Of a DNA stretch of 64,000 bases, positions 25,320 to 39,827 are shown in pieces. The notes under the pieces are model-generated. The model was not told where the DNA came from. It worked only from the letters and a program-made list of their open reading frames with translations, and ran no database searches. The stretch is taken from positions 26,350,001 to 26,414,000 of the forward strand of contig NC_043005.1 in NCBI RefSeq assembly GCF_006345805.1, written 5' to 3'. This stretch comes from Octopus sinensis (Eukaryota). Positions within the stretch are counted from its first letter, which is position 1; each line of letters opens with the position of its first letter. The translations under genes were made by a program, and so were the position numbers.

Positions 25320-25727
25320 GGGCGGAGTGCTAGCAGAATCGTTAGCGCGCTGGACGAAATGCTTAGCGGTACTTCACCCATCGCTACGTTCTGGGTTCAA
25401 ATTCCGCCGAGGTCGATTTTGCCTTTCATCCTTTCGGGGTCAATTAAATAAGTACCAGTTACGCACTGGGGTCGATATAATCGGTTTGTCTGTCCTTGTT
25501 TGTCCCTTCTGTGTTTAGCCCCTTGTGGGTAGTAAAGAAATAGGTATTTCGACTGCCGTTATGTTCTGAGTTCAAATTCCGCCGAGGTCGATTTTGCCTT
25601 TCATCCTTTCGGGGTCGATAAATTAAGTACCAGTGACGCACTGAGGTCGATCTGATCGACTTAATCCCTTTGTCTGTCCTTGTTTGTCCCCTCTATGTTT
25701 AGCCCCCTGTGGGCAATAAAGAAATAA
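25320..25727 (+). mobile_element. Head-to-tail SINE family B dimer
   Basis: Full copy to ..taaagaaata (~25542), then a 5'-truncated copy starting ggtatttcg. Confidence 0.88.
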
Positions 25728-25881
25728 GAAATAAGATAGCTAGATAGATAAACAGGTTCATTTAAGTTAATACGTACGCTCGCTCACACATTTTACAAAA
25801 CCCTATTCTATGCGAGTGTATACACACATTCATGTGTGCAAGCGTTGTATATACATATATACATGTATGTATGTATGTATG

Positions 25882-25997
<116 letters not shown>

Positions 25998-26004
25998 TAT
26001 GTAT

Positions 26005-26041
<37 letters not shown>

Positions 26042-26699
26042 CTATATATATATATATATATATATACAAATATATATATATATACAGAGAGAGAGAGAGA
26101 TATATACTCAACAAAACTGTCATACTTGTAAAGATGAAAAAAAAAATAAATAAAATTAGTGTATCTGCACATTGTAAAGTGCATTACGAGTGATAAAGTG
26201 CAAGAGTAGATGATAAACATTGTGTTCAGTTCATCTGCTGCTGCAAGACTTTTCAGTAAAAATAGCTGTAACTGCTGCGCCGTGCTAAACACAAGAAGGG
26301 ATGGAAAAATACTACATTTCTGTGAAAGGAATGTTGGCGTGCCGAGTGCAAATGTACTTCTTTCTTTGGGAAATATATGCTAGGAGACTTGGCTGACACA
26401 CACACACGCGCGCGCGCTTTCTCTCCCTCTCCCCCCCCCACTCTCTGTCTGTCTCTCTCTAATACACACACACACTCACAGACTCTCACAGACACACCGT
26501 GCTTTTTCTATCTTTCTCGTTTTATATACAATTTCCATCTGTCCACCTCTTTCTTTTATACATTATTATATATATTTCTCTGTGCCTTTCTTTTTTCATA
26601 GATTTACTTCATCTGTCCATCTCTCTGAGGTACCTTATACAGACTCTCTCTTTCACTCTCATATGCTATTTCTATCTATCTATCTTTCTCTCAATTTCT

Positions 26700-26831
26700 C
26701 TCATAAAGAGTTTCCTATCTATCTACCTACCTATCTATCCACCTTTCTTTCTGTTTACCTTTTTCTCTATCTATCTATCTATCGATCTATCCACCATTCG
26801 TTGTTTCTTACTACCTGTTTGCCTTTTTCTA

Positions 26832-26890
<59 letters not shown>

Positions 26891-26900
26891 TTATTTATCA

Positions 26901-26962
<62 letters not shown>

Positions 26963-27223
26963 TTTATCAATCTATCTACCTATCTATCTATTTATTTATC
27001 AATCTATCTCTATCTATCTATTATTTATCAATCTACCTATATCTATCTATCTATCTATCTATTTATTTATCAATCTACCTATATCTATCTATCTATCTAT
27101 TTATTTATCAATCTACCTATATCTATCTATCTATCTATCTAACTATCTATCTATCTATCTATCTATCTATGTCTCTATTTATCTATCTATCTCTCTCTCT
27201 CTATCTATCTATCTCTATCTATC

Positions 27224-27257
<34 letters not shown>

Positions 27258-27440
27258 CACTTGCTCATTCTTATGTCTCACATACTTTTGTCTTTCTCCC
27301 CCTTTCATACACTCTCTACCTCTCTCTCTCTCTCTTTCTCACATACACTACACCCATATGCCTCACATACAATCTCAATCAATCTCTCTCACATTCTGTT
27401 AGTCTCTCTCCCTCTCTCTCTCTCTCTTTCTCTCCCTCCT
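26700..27440. repeat. (TATC)n/(TC)n compound microsatellite with a higher-order ~40-bp unit
   Basis: ttatttatcaatctacctatatctatct recurs at ~27022, 27062 and 27102. Confidence 0.9.
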
Positions 27441-27741
27441 CTTCAGTGTCTGTATGTCGCTGTCATGCAATGCACGGATGTTTTGCTTTCCTTCGTTTAT
27501 TTATCTTAGCTCTCTGGTTCAGTTTATCACCATGCTCAAGGCCACGCTGGAGCAACGCCGGCGCGCGCGTCTGTACTGTCTATGTATATACAGTATAACA
27601 TATATTTATATATGATGATTGGTTATGCGTTCGCTCGTATACACACACACAGCCGTCCATTCGCACACTTTCACAGTCAATATTTACACCTTCGAACTAG
27701 AAATAAGAAAAAGAAAGAAAGAAGAAAAAGAAAGAAAGAAA

Positions 27742-27773
<32 letters not shown>

Positions 27774-27884
27774 AAAAGAATAGAAGAGAGAGAGAGAGAG
27801 ACTTTTTTTAAATGACCAGGTTACTTACAAAACGTGTGTGTGCATGTATCTGCGCTTGTGTGTGGTGTGTGTGCGTGTATTTGC

Positions 27885-27915
<31 letters not shown>

Positions 27916-28570
27916 TGTATGTATGTATGTATGTATGTTAAATAGGAAAGATTCTTGAAATACAGTTCCAGGGGGCCGAGAAAAATCCAGAAAGGATTCT
28001 ATACGATTTTAAAGATGGAAGTAGCGAGCAGATATATGGAACAGATATAATGTTTTAGCATACATACACCAACAAAGGAGAATATATACACACACACCTA
28101 TTTTACACAGACACATGAATGCATAAGCGCACCAAACACACACAAATATATACACTCAAAGAGCAGAGCCTATTTGTCTAGAATCGTATACAAGTACCTC
28201 ATGTTCATCTACCTATTACCTCAATCCACTTGAGTAATATAGGTAGAATGAGGTATTTTTATCTATTGGCTGAAACAGCTGTAAGTTACTTTACCAATTT
28301 ATATTCATGTTTTTTATAACAATTACTGGTATCCTTATATATTACTATATCTTATATCTTATAGGTAAAGAATAATATGCTATATGTATGCATGTGTGTT
28401 ATTATAATTATCAGTTTAATAAATAAATAAGTTAACATTTTAATGTCCAAAAGATGATGAACCACCTATTGTTCTCCTCCATTTTCTTATTTGCGATATA
28501 TATGCATATATACCTCTGTTGTATATATATTTTATGTATACAAGCATCTATTTATAGATATAGTCTTATA

Positions 28571-28933
28571 TTTGTTTCAGTCATTTTACTGCAGACACGC
28601 TGGAGCACCCTAACCCTAACCCTAACCCACCGCCTTTAGTCGAAGAAATCGAGCCCAGGAGATATTCTTTGTAAGCATAATATTTATTCTATCAGGCTAC
28701 TTTTGCCGAACCGCTAAATTACGGGGGACGTAAACACATCAACGTCTATTAATCAAGCGATGGAGGGGACACACACACACACACACATATATATATACGA
28801 TGGGTTCTTTTCAGTTTCCGCCTAGCAAATCCACTCAAGGTCTTGGTCGGCTCGAGGCTATAGCGTAAGACACTTTGCTGAAGGTGGGACTGAACCCGGA
28901 ACCATATGGTTGGGAATTAAGTTTCTTACCACA
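28571..28933 (-). mobile_element. SINE family A, diverged, carrying a telomeric-repeat insertion
   Basis: Family A reverse complement with (CCCTAA)3CCC at 28608-28628. Confidence 0.85.
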
Positions 28934-28956
28934 CTAAATATATAAATAGATATATA

Positions 28957-29023
<67 letters not shown>

Positions 29024-29298
29024 TATATGCATACATACGTGTGTGTATATATATATACACACACACACACAAGTGTAAACACACTTATATAGCTAGATAC
29101 ATAGATACATAGACAGACAGGCGGACAGACAGACAGACAGACAGACAGGTAGGTAGGTAGGTAGATAGATAGACAGATAGATCGCTGTATTTATATAAAC
29201 TTGTGTATGCTCGTGCACACGCGCAAACATATTTTGTCTAGTTTGGCTGTTACATAAACACATACACTCATAAACATAGATATGTACACACACAATTT

Positions 29299-29341
<43 letters not shown>

Positions 29342-29385
29342 TATATATGTATGTTCGTGTGTGTATGTGTGTTTCTTTATACGTG

Positions 29386-29417
<32 letters not shown>

Positions 29418-31651
29418 CGTATAAAATATACGTACATCGACATGTTTCGGCTAGAAAGGATCTATGTATGCATACATACACGTACATTTATATAGAAGTT
29501 TACATTTATAAACGCATACACACATATACAAACATACAGAGAGAGAGAGAGTGAGAGAGACAGACAGACATAGATAGAAGGAGACAGAGAGAGACAGAGA
29601 GATACACATGTATACACATACATGTATGTTCGTATATAATATGCCTATATATATATATATGTACACATTTCGGTGAGACCCAGGTCATGTCAAACTATTC
29701 GAAAGCACTCTGGGCAGTCACCCATATGGGAAGATGGAGCAATTATCATAACTAATAATATATTGAAGTGCTTTTAAATATTTTGAAATTGTCTCACGCA
29801 ACGGCAACGAAAGCAGACTTTAACGGATGCAAACTCTTCTAATCAATTAAGAGAAGAGGAACGGAAAATATTTTACTGATAAATTAATTACGGAGGGGAA
29901 AAGTTGGTATTTGTTGATTTTATGAATTACTTACGCTTTTTTTTTTTTCGAAGTCAGTCACGCTATTATTATGGGCCACAATAGTCTACATTGAGAAAAG
30001 AGTGGTTCTGAGTTTAAAATATCCGGGTATATATATATATGTGTGTACGTGTGTGCTTTCTTTCTTTCTTTCTGTCATATATATATATATATATATATTA
30101 TATATGTTATATATATATATATTCACAAACACACCATATATATATATATATGTATGTATGTATGTATGGGTAAGTGGGCGGGTATATATTTCTATACAGA
30201 TTCATAAACGTATTTGTTATTGTGAGTTCATTTTTGATGTCAGAAGGCATTCCTGTCGTGACCATCTCGTCGTTTTCAGCCCTTTTTATAAGAGTATATC
30301 TAGGAATATACCAAATCTGGTACCATTTTCGCTTTTTTTTGTTGTTGTTTTTTTTGAAGGCAGAATGTTATATCATTGAAGGTTCGGATGTTATTTCTAG
30401 CCCATGCAGCGACCACACAGGGGTGCCGTCGCCACCGCAGCCGCCGATGTGCTTCCAAGATATGTAAGGTGAGAATGGTGGGTGGGTGTTGTAAGTTTGA
30501 AGAATGTATGGAGGAGTTAGTTCTAAGTGTGTGTGGGGGTGGGGTGGGGGTGGGGACGGGTGGGTGGGGGTATGGCGTGTTTGTTGAGTGTTTATGTGTA
30601 AGTAGAGCGTGTTTGATGAAAGGAGTATGCCGTAGGAGTTACAATCGTAATTCGGGAGTGTGTAGACTTTTTAAGGGTGTGAAACGGGTGGGGGAAATGA
30701 GTGTTCACATGATACATGGTGGGGTGCGTATGGGGGTAGAACACTTATAAATATATTGTGTGTGTGTGGTGTGTGTGTGTGGTGTGTGTGTGTGTGTGTG
30801 TAGTGATTTGTATTTAGCGCTTAGTGTGTCTAGGTTTTGTTATTTTTAGCGGCACAGACTGACGTGGCTGCTCACCCACCGAGAGAAATCATCATAACAG
30901 GCCACGGCACACCGCAGTACCCGGATCTCGCCGTAATCTAACAGTCACCCTCTCTCTCCTATCATTTCTATATGATCGGTATCCTGAATGCAGTGCACTG
31001 CGGAGATCGAACTCGGTGGGGCTCTAATCCCCCACACTAATCCAATCTCCTTAGCGAACAAGCCTAAGATGATGAGGAAATGTAAACATACGTAGGCCAC
31101 GGTGAATTGACTGAGTCGTTAGTTAATCAGAGAGCGGGACAAAAATGCCTGGTTGTTGCAGCTCTTCATGTCCCGAGTTCAAACCGCGCTAAAGTCAGCT
31201 TAGCTTTTTCTTCCTCTCCAGAGATAACAAAATACAGGACAGAGTTTCGTATTCGTATTAGTATTACTATTCTCAATGGGCAGAAAAAGGACAAGGAATT
31301 GAGATGGCTTTGTGTGTGTGTGTGTGTGTTGTGTGTGTGTGTGTGTGTGTGTGTGAGACAGAGAGAGAGAGAGAGAGCGCCATTTGAGTCTCAGATTATC
31401 AGGAACCATCCTCTAAAAAAAAAATAATTGTTGTTTACACCAAGGTCTATCTGAAATGAACAGACCTAAGATCAAAAGTCTTCTAGACGTAACCATCCCA
31501 TCTCCTTGGGGCATCATGTATCTGATACTTCATTATTCAATGTAGTCTCAACATAATTTTTGAAGATGGCCTACCACACTAGTGTGATTTGAGGGTAAGT
31601 TAGCTGTTATGTCTAACCAAGTAGGTGGCTCACACTGACATGTTGGCAATT

Positions 31652-32203
31652 TGAACTGAAGGCTCCTCGAGCTGAGCTAGATTCAGCTGAGATGGATAAG
31701 GTGGGCTGAAGTGAGCTGAGAAATGAAGGAGTGGGCTGAGCTTAGAGATGAGCTTTGAACTGAGCTGAAAGATGAGTTCAGAGATGAACTGTGGACTGGA
31801 CTGAATTGAGCCGAGTTGATAGATGAGCTAGACAGAGTTGAGGTAAGACATCAACTGAACTGAGACGAGTTGTAGACTAAGCTGAGAAATGAGCTGTGGA
31901 ATGAGCTGAGAGTTGATCTGGACTGCAGTGATCTGGGAGATGAGCCACAAACTGAACTAAAAGATAAACTGGACTGAGCTGAGCTGAGATGAGATGAGAT
32001 GAGATGGGGGCTGAAGTGAGGGATGAACTGTGAACTGCACAAAGAGATGATGTGGATTGCGCTAAGCAGACAGAAAAGCAGGACTGAAGTGAGAGATGCT
32101 CTGGACTGCATTGAGGACAGCTGTGAAATGAGCTGAGCTGATAAATGAGCAGGGTTGAGCTGAGAGATAAGTTCAGACTTAAGAAATGACCTGGACTAAG
32201 CTG
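31652..32203. repeat. Degenerate pentamer satellite (GAGCT/GAACT/GGACT/GAGAT)
   Basis: Visible 5-bp periodicity, e.g. gactgagctgagctgagatgagatgagatgagat. Confidence 0.85.
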
Positions 32204-32816
32204 TAATATAATATATTATCTAGATATTATTTTTTATATACTTCAATATAAAGCTGCCTACACACTGCAGCAGTATTTCTCTTCTCACACACTCACTCAG
32301 ACATGCATGCATACATACACACCCACATAAATATATCTATGTACACACACAGCAGACCAAAACTTGTCTTCCTTGTTGCATAAAAAATGTAAACAAAACA
32401 CAACAACGGCTCACCTCGCAGCTAATAACCACCCCGCTCTTCTCTCCATTAAACTCACACCCACACACAGACATTCTAACCTAGTTACTACAGCTATGTC
32501 CATTACTAATGTGGTGGCAAGAGAAGTCTTTACCTAGTCGCTCTGTCTGCTAGAAATAGCAAGTAAATTTCCCTCAACCATAACAGTCTTTGAAAAGGAT
32601 ATGTCGGACAATGTAGTTCTGGGTTCCCGGTACACAGGAAAACACGGGATGGCCAGAGATGAAGTGTCTTTGATTATAGGTCTACTTCTTCAGTTCCAAC
32701 CTTGGGCTAAACCACAACTAATGTGGCTTACACATGGATACAGTGCTTATACATAGGTACAGTACAATGAATATATACATATACATACATACATGGCCAC
32801 ACACACATACAGGTTG

Positions 32817-32851
<35 letters not shown>

Positions 32852-33975
32852 AGAGAGAGATGTGTGTGTGAGCGCGTGTGTTACACATGTAAATACAATG
32901 CGGCCTGGCATGACCAAATAGGAAGGTACCAATGATCAGTCCTTTTATTCTTATCCACTATGCAACCTGTTTCCCTATATCTATAAAATCTGTTTTCCAT
33001 TCCCAACCAGAAGATAGCAACAAGGCAATATTCACGATGGAGTCAGCCGACAGCTGAATGTGTCCTATATGAAACGACAGATGTTCGACAAGTCAGCAAA
33101 TGCTCAGACACTGAACGAATACATACGAGATGAATTTGTCGCTCAATGCACCTCTCAGCGAAGCATTGATAAAGGTATTTTCGTGTGTGTCAAGTTTAAC
33201 CACAAGAAGCAGTCTCCTTTATTGCGCTGGGAGTCAAGGGTTTTCTGGAAACTGTTTACAGTCCCCGGGCTCAAAATTTCTCCTGACGAAAGAGCTCAGT
33301 ACATTCTTTTCAACGTCAAGAATTTTCCCCAAGAACATTCATTAGCCGGTCATTTCTAATATTCATTCTATATTGAATGCAGACGGTGGAGTTTAGCACA
33401 AGCAGTAAAAGACATGATCGCATAACATTCCAGACGCTGAGTTCCCAAACTTAGTCGTCGCTCAACCCAAAGTTATGTTCTGCCAAGGCATAGCACTGAA
33501 CACTTAAACGTTCTGAGCTACAGTATCTGCTGAGCCCCGCTAAGTGGACGATGATGGCCGTAGATTAACCGCCTAAGAGGGGAACGCGTCCTTTACACAC
33601 ACACACACAAACAAACAAACAAAAAAGGGAAGGGCATAAGCTCTAGTTTGTCAGACGCGAACTATAAGAAGACAGAAGGGAAATACAACTTCAGCGAGAT
33701 TTGAACACCCAACACAGAGACCATAAACTAATCCTACAAGCCAGTCTGCCTGCCTTGAACACTTCGGATTGTTTGGTGTCATTGTTATTTAACCCCAGGT
33801 CAGCTTTGATCACGCAAGTCCTAAGATCGATGACGTTACAACTACGTGTTTTGCCTTGAGAATACAATTATTCTTTCCTTAGTCTCAACAACAAACACAT
33901 CAATATGGTGTGATGAAGACTTTTTACAAATACTTTTAGCCGGTACAGTCACTACGTAAATGTTTCCTCGTCAGC

Positions 33976-34007
<32 letters not shown>

Positions 34008-34909
34008 ACAAGTGGCGATGGGGGTGATTCGGAGGTGGGGGGGGGTGACAGAAACTGATTTCTAAGTATTGTTATGCGCTTTTGAATATCAACAGCATGT
34101 ATATAAAACTAGCATGAGAAAACTAGGATGGTAAATCGGTGAATGTGTGTGTATATAGACGTATGTATGTATGTCTGAGTATATGTACGTCTCGGTGTGA
34201 GCAGCAGCAGTAGTAGTAGTAGTAGTAGTAGTGGTGGCAACAACACAATAAATCCAGAGACGAACAAAATTAGTTGATAGCAAAGTTAACCAGCTTGATA
34301 TGACGAAAACCTATTATAACAAAAAGAATATGAGTGGGTTAATATGATTAATATACATACATATACACACGCACATCATTTGATAAACGGATACACAACT
34401 ATAGCTACGACTGTCGGTATTAACCGCCGCTATCACCAACCACCGCCACCACCATGATCATCATCATCATCGTCGTCGTCAACGTCGTCGTCATCGTCAT
34501 CAGCATCATCATCATCATCATCATCAGACACATGAATGTTGTCGGGGAAGATAAAAAGAAGGTGGGAGCCAGTAAAAACTTGAGCGAAGTATGTTTTGAC
34601 TTGAAGGAAGTATGTCAGAGTGACGTCATCAGAAATGTTCGATGACATCATAGCAGGTCGGCAGCCGATTGGTCGGTTGTTCTGTATATTGGAGAAGGTA
34701 CTTGCTTGGTTTATTTTTACATGGAATATGGAGCAGTCACACACAGACGAACTCACACGCACACACTGCCAGGCGTGTAGATACATATAGGTAGATATAG
34801 ACACACACTGACGCATCAAATATACATAAGCACATACAGATGTTCGTATACGCTTGCAAGTTATGTTGTGTATACATACAAATGTGTGCGCGCGCGAGTG
34901 TGGTGTATA

Positions 34910-34960
<51 letters not shown>

Positions 34961-34985
34961 TAGATTATATATATATATATATATA

Positions 34986-35378
34986 GGCGCAGGAGTGGCT
35001 GGTGGTAAGTAGCTTGCTAACCAACCACATGGTTCCGGGTTCAGTCCCACTGCGTGGCATCTTGGGCAAGTGTCTTCTGCTATAGCCCCGGGCCGACCAA
35101 TGCCTTGTGAATGGATTTGGTAGACGGAAACTGAAAGAAGCCTGTCGTATATATATGTATATGTATATGTATGTGTGTTATTGTGTGTCTGTGTTTGTCC
35201 CCCTAGCATTGCTTGACAACCGATGCTGGTGTGTTTACGTCCCCGTCACTTAGCGGTTCGGCAAAAGAGACCGATAGAATAAGTACTGAACTTACAAAGA
35301 ATAAGTCCCGGGGTCGAGTTGCTCGACTAAAGGCGGTGCTCCAGCATGGCCGCAGTCAAATGACTGAAACAAGTAAAA
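34986..35378 (+). mobile_element. SINE family A, full length, low divergence
   Basis: Nearly identical to the copy at 58217-58630. Confidence 0.92.
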
Positions 35379-35409
<31 letters not shown>

Positions 35410-37518
35410 GTGTGTGTGTGTATAGAAAGATAAATAATTAGAGATTTATGTTTATGTAAACATGTAAAACATCACACAGCCCGGTACAGGTATACTAAGG
35501 ATTGCTACGAACGCCACTTAGTAAAACGACTCAACACCAACCACGCTCTACGCCCCCAACCATCACCACCACACCCTCCATCCTACCCTGCTTCCACAGA
35601 AAATATGTATTTTAGCACCCAATCCTAACTTTATTGAAGATGGTCAGATTAATAATATCTGATTTCATCATCTTCATCATCATCATCATCACCATCACAA
35701 ACATCATGATGAGATGTTGATGATGATGATGATGTTGACGACGATGACGATGAAGAAGAGGAAGGGCGGGGGAAGAGGAAGAAATTATAGAAGTTTAAAT
35801 CAGACCAGAGTAGATTTTTTCTCCTCGTCCATCTGGGGTTGATAACAACACACTGTCCACATTTCAAAACAAACAAAATTACCGATAACAACCCATTGAT
35901 CACTTAATACTCAGTGTGTGGATGGATAAATAAATAAATAATGGCAATAATTACGGTTTCTGGTTTAGGCCCAAGTACAGTGGTTTTTGAGCAGAACGTG
36001 ATTAGTCGATACCATTGACCGCGGTACTTGACAGCTAACTGATTTTATTGACTCCCAGATGGATGAGAGGTGAAGTTCACCGTGGTGTGATTTGAACACA
36101 GAAAGCAGAGAGCCAAAATCAATAAAGCAAAGGATGAAAGGGACAAAACAAAGACAGACTATATTGATTAGTGATATATATATAATAAACGTGGATGAAG
36201 AGAAAGAAAAGATAGGGAAAAAACAGGATGCAATACAAAGTATACATGATACTCAAAATCATGAACACTTTGGACACTACAGCCTGCCTTGTTGAAGAAG
36301 AGCTCCAGCTAGGGCCAATCAGGTAACTGCATAATAATAATAATAATAATTTTAATAAATACTAAAGGCAAGTGGTCTTTCTCAAGTGTTATTCTCCAGT
36401 CTACAAATACATTTTATGTGGATGGATGGAGTGAGGACAGCTTTGGTGGTTAGAGGTGTTGGACTAAGAAAGGCAAGAGAGATTATAAATGATTGCAAAG
36501 CTCTCAGAGAGTGTTTGTGGATGGATGAGTGAATCTGACGTTGTTCAAAGGGGTACGGAACCAGCATATGCTGTTGGGCCTTGCTGCTGATATTGGGGTT
36601 TGCGTTCTATGCTTTGAGCCGAGCATAGAATGGGGCTCACCTTTTTGAGCTGAGACCTCAATACTCGACTGGCATTTGTTTAATCAACCCTGAAAGAGCA
36701 AAAGCTGAAGTCGACCTCAGAAGGATTTGAACTCATAGATGTAAAGACGGGTGAAATGCCGGCAAGCATTTTGATTCCAGCATGCCAACGACCTTAGAAA
36801 TAATACTAATAATGATGATAGAGATGATGATGATGACAATGGTGGTGGTGGTGTGTGATGATGATGACGATGATGGTGGTGGTGGTATGATGATGATGGT
36901 GGAGGTGATGATTTCTAATTTAGGTGCATCGCTGGCAATTTTGAGGGGAGGATGTTAGTCAATTACACATCAACTTCATTCTATCAACCCTGGAAGGAAC
37001 TGAACTCAGAGCCCAAAGACCAAGGACAAATACCACAAGGCATTTTGTCCAAAGCCCAAACAATTCTGTCAATCCATCACCCAATAACTGTTGTTGTTCG
37101 TTCCAACCATGACTATCTTGTACATTTGTGCAGTCAGGGCAACACTGACCAACATGTTCTTGGTTGCAGTTGTTGTTGTTGTTGCTGGTAATGTTTAGAA
37201 CCTCTCAGTCCAGATCAAACTGACCCATGGCCAAAGGTGTTTCAGCCATGACTGTCCAGTCTCCCTCTTGATCCAAGAGTATGTTAATGCAAGTTTCCCT
37301 CCTTTTTTTACTGAAGAAGATGGGCTGTGATTTGAGAGAGAGCTTTAACAATATTGTTATTTTTAATGGGTCCAAGGGGCCATGTGGAAGATCCCTCACT
37401 GTTTTGTTAAACCAAAAGGAGTTTATTTAAGGGTGATTTATGCAGAATTTGTTAAACCAGCAGGGTTTGAATTACAGCATGTTTAAGATTTGTCAGACCG
37501 TGTGTGTGTGTGTACAGA

Positions 37519-37550
<32 letters not shown>

Positions 37551-37591
37551 TAGATCGATAGATAGATAGTTTGGTTTTAAGTTTAATTCTC

Positions 37592-38115
37592 TTAGGTTGT
37601 TCAGAAAGTTATGGGTGTTTTTAAAATGTCAAAAGAGATATATTTCATGAACCATACTTTTAAAAACTTCCAACTCTTCTGCAAGTTCTCTAGTTGTGAT
37701 ATTTGAATTTTCTTTGATTTTTGCCTTCAAAATATCTTCATCCAACTTTGAAGGTCTTCCACTGCGACTCTCATCTTCCAAGCTAAACTCTCCACCAACA
37801 AACAATTGATTCATCTACAGCATCATCATCACCAGAAACTTCATAAATGCTTTTGCAAGTCTTTGCAGCATTTTTTTCCTTTTTTGAAACAGAAAAGCAT
37901 TACAATGCGAATATGAAATTTTTGGTTATCCATTTCAAATGTTAATAAAGGATAACCGGAATGAAAGATAAATCTATTTTTAGTCAGAAACAATGAAGAG
38001 ATGCACTTTCACTTCAAGCAACACCAAAGTTTCAACTGTGCTACGTTTCAGGTGTGTTCAATGAAGCATTACATGATGTAGCGTAAAAATGCTCAGAATT
38101 TTCCAGATAATCTAA
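37592..38115 (-). mobile_element. Internally deleted mariner transposon with a frameshifted N-terminal transposase fragment
   Basis: TIRs ttaggttgttcagaaagtt / aattttccagataatctaa. The minus strand from ATG at 37933 reads MDNQKFHIRIVMLFCFKKG/KNAAKTCKSIYEV../GEFSLEDESRSGRPSKLDEDILKAKIKENSNITTRELAEELEV, typical mariner HTH domains. Confidence 0.9.
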
Positions 38116-39827
38116 TAATAAAAACAATTTACATGTAACTGAACGGTTTCTTAATAGAATACAAATATATTGTTCTTCAACAAGAATGGCATTCACAGTG
38201 GCTGCGAACATTCAGCCATTATTGACTGACACATTAAGCTAATCTTGGTTTTATGCAGTTACAATAAAATTTTCGGGAGTTTGTGAAGTTTAGCTGGATA
38301 ATTAATTAGGTTGATAGGTGGGCTACAATGGAGAGGTGTTCAGGTGAAGTTTTTTATTGATTAAATTTGAGGTTATGTTTTTGTACAGAATTTATTCAGA
38401 TAAACACACACACACACACACCACATCCTGCACAAATAATGGGTAAATTGCCCTTACAATGTGGAAAAATTTTCTGATTGCTGACAAATTTTATCTCTTT
38501 GTTTTGGGTAATTTACGCAATGTTTCTGCTGATCTAATGGTGTTTCTGCATTCAAAAATAAATTATCGTTTAATGTTGTATCATACAATACATATTTTGA
38601 AGCTTATAAAACAATGTCAGTTTGTTTATATTTCTATACATGTATTCCAACAATATTAATAAAACCAGTACCCTTCTTGGGCTTGTGATAGATATAACCA
38701 GATCCCATTAAGAATGATATATCTGATCAACAGAGGAGACATGGAGATCTCTAAACCTCCCAGATCTGATAGGAAATGTTGATTGTGCCAAACTAGAGTG
38801 GAAGATATCACCTACATGAGAAGAAGCTACCTACTCAATACTAAATAAATGCAAAAGTAAACCACGCTCATGAGACATGGCATTGTTGCAAAGATGGTCT
38901 ACAATGCTAGGCCTGGCCATTCAAAAATATGGTATTCTGTAGACATAGTTCAACAAAAGCAGCATATTCAATGCAAACACAATAGAACTAATATTGTATA
39001 GGAAGGAACAAAAGCCATGCACAGCTGTAGAGGTCAGTTGCTCAGCAGATGGGAACATCACATCTTAAGCTGAGGAAAAAGAACTGAGGTGAACTTATGG
39101 AAAACTTACAGCGCTTGTGTCTTTGTAATAGATTCTCATTTGTAGCTATTACCATAGGTGAACAGGGGCTATGAAACAACAGTTTTACAAAAAAAAGGCT
39201 TGGAAATGCTGGCATTATCCAACAAAGAACTACATAAACTGGGTTGTATTCTCCAAATCCAATTGATTAATGGTACAGAGAGGATGTGTAAAATACTCCA
39301 AAGATTCTTCAAGAGTTTCCTGAAAAAAAAACATATACATACAATCACATATGTGCATATGGCATATGCACACACACACACACACAAACATACACATTAT
39401 CTCACACTCAATTCTATATTTAAAGACATTGTACACTCATTCCAAGGGTGCAAGTATATTCACACACGTACCAACACATTTGCTTATCCACAAATCCATA
39501 AAAGCCATACAACCTTCTAAACTCAAAAACAAAAAAAAACAGCTTCGTTGCTTTGTCACTGACCCAGAAAGATTCTGTGGAGAACCTTAAAGGACAGCAA
39601 ACATTGGCACATGGAACAGGTTTCCAAACACTCATCACTGTTTTAAATGTCGCTTTTCTCTGCTTGCATGAATTGACCAGATTTGTAAAGACAGATTTTC
39701 TTTGGTCAGTTGTCCTTCCTGCCACCAAACATCATTTGTTCCAAATAAGGTTAATATTTCCTCATAGCCAGACATGGAAGTGAGATACACCATGTGTATG
39801 ATGGTGACACTCATTAACAACTAAAAC

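Noticed and set aside
26499-27509. 336-aa ORF, the longest in the track
   Set aside because: (TATC)n translation (YLSI repeats).
33060-33359. 99-aa non-repetitive ORF in unique sequence
   Set aside because: No recognisable homology or clear splice sites; not midnolin. It may be conserved non-coding DNA, but I cannot show that.
39190-39321. Minus-strand acceptor (tttttttttcAG) as candidate midnolin exon 2
   Set aside because: The peptide ETLEESLEYFTHPL.. does not resemble the second half of the Ubl and hits a stop.
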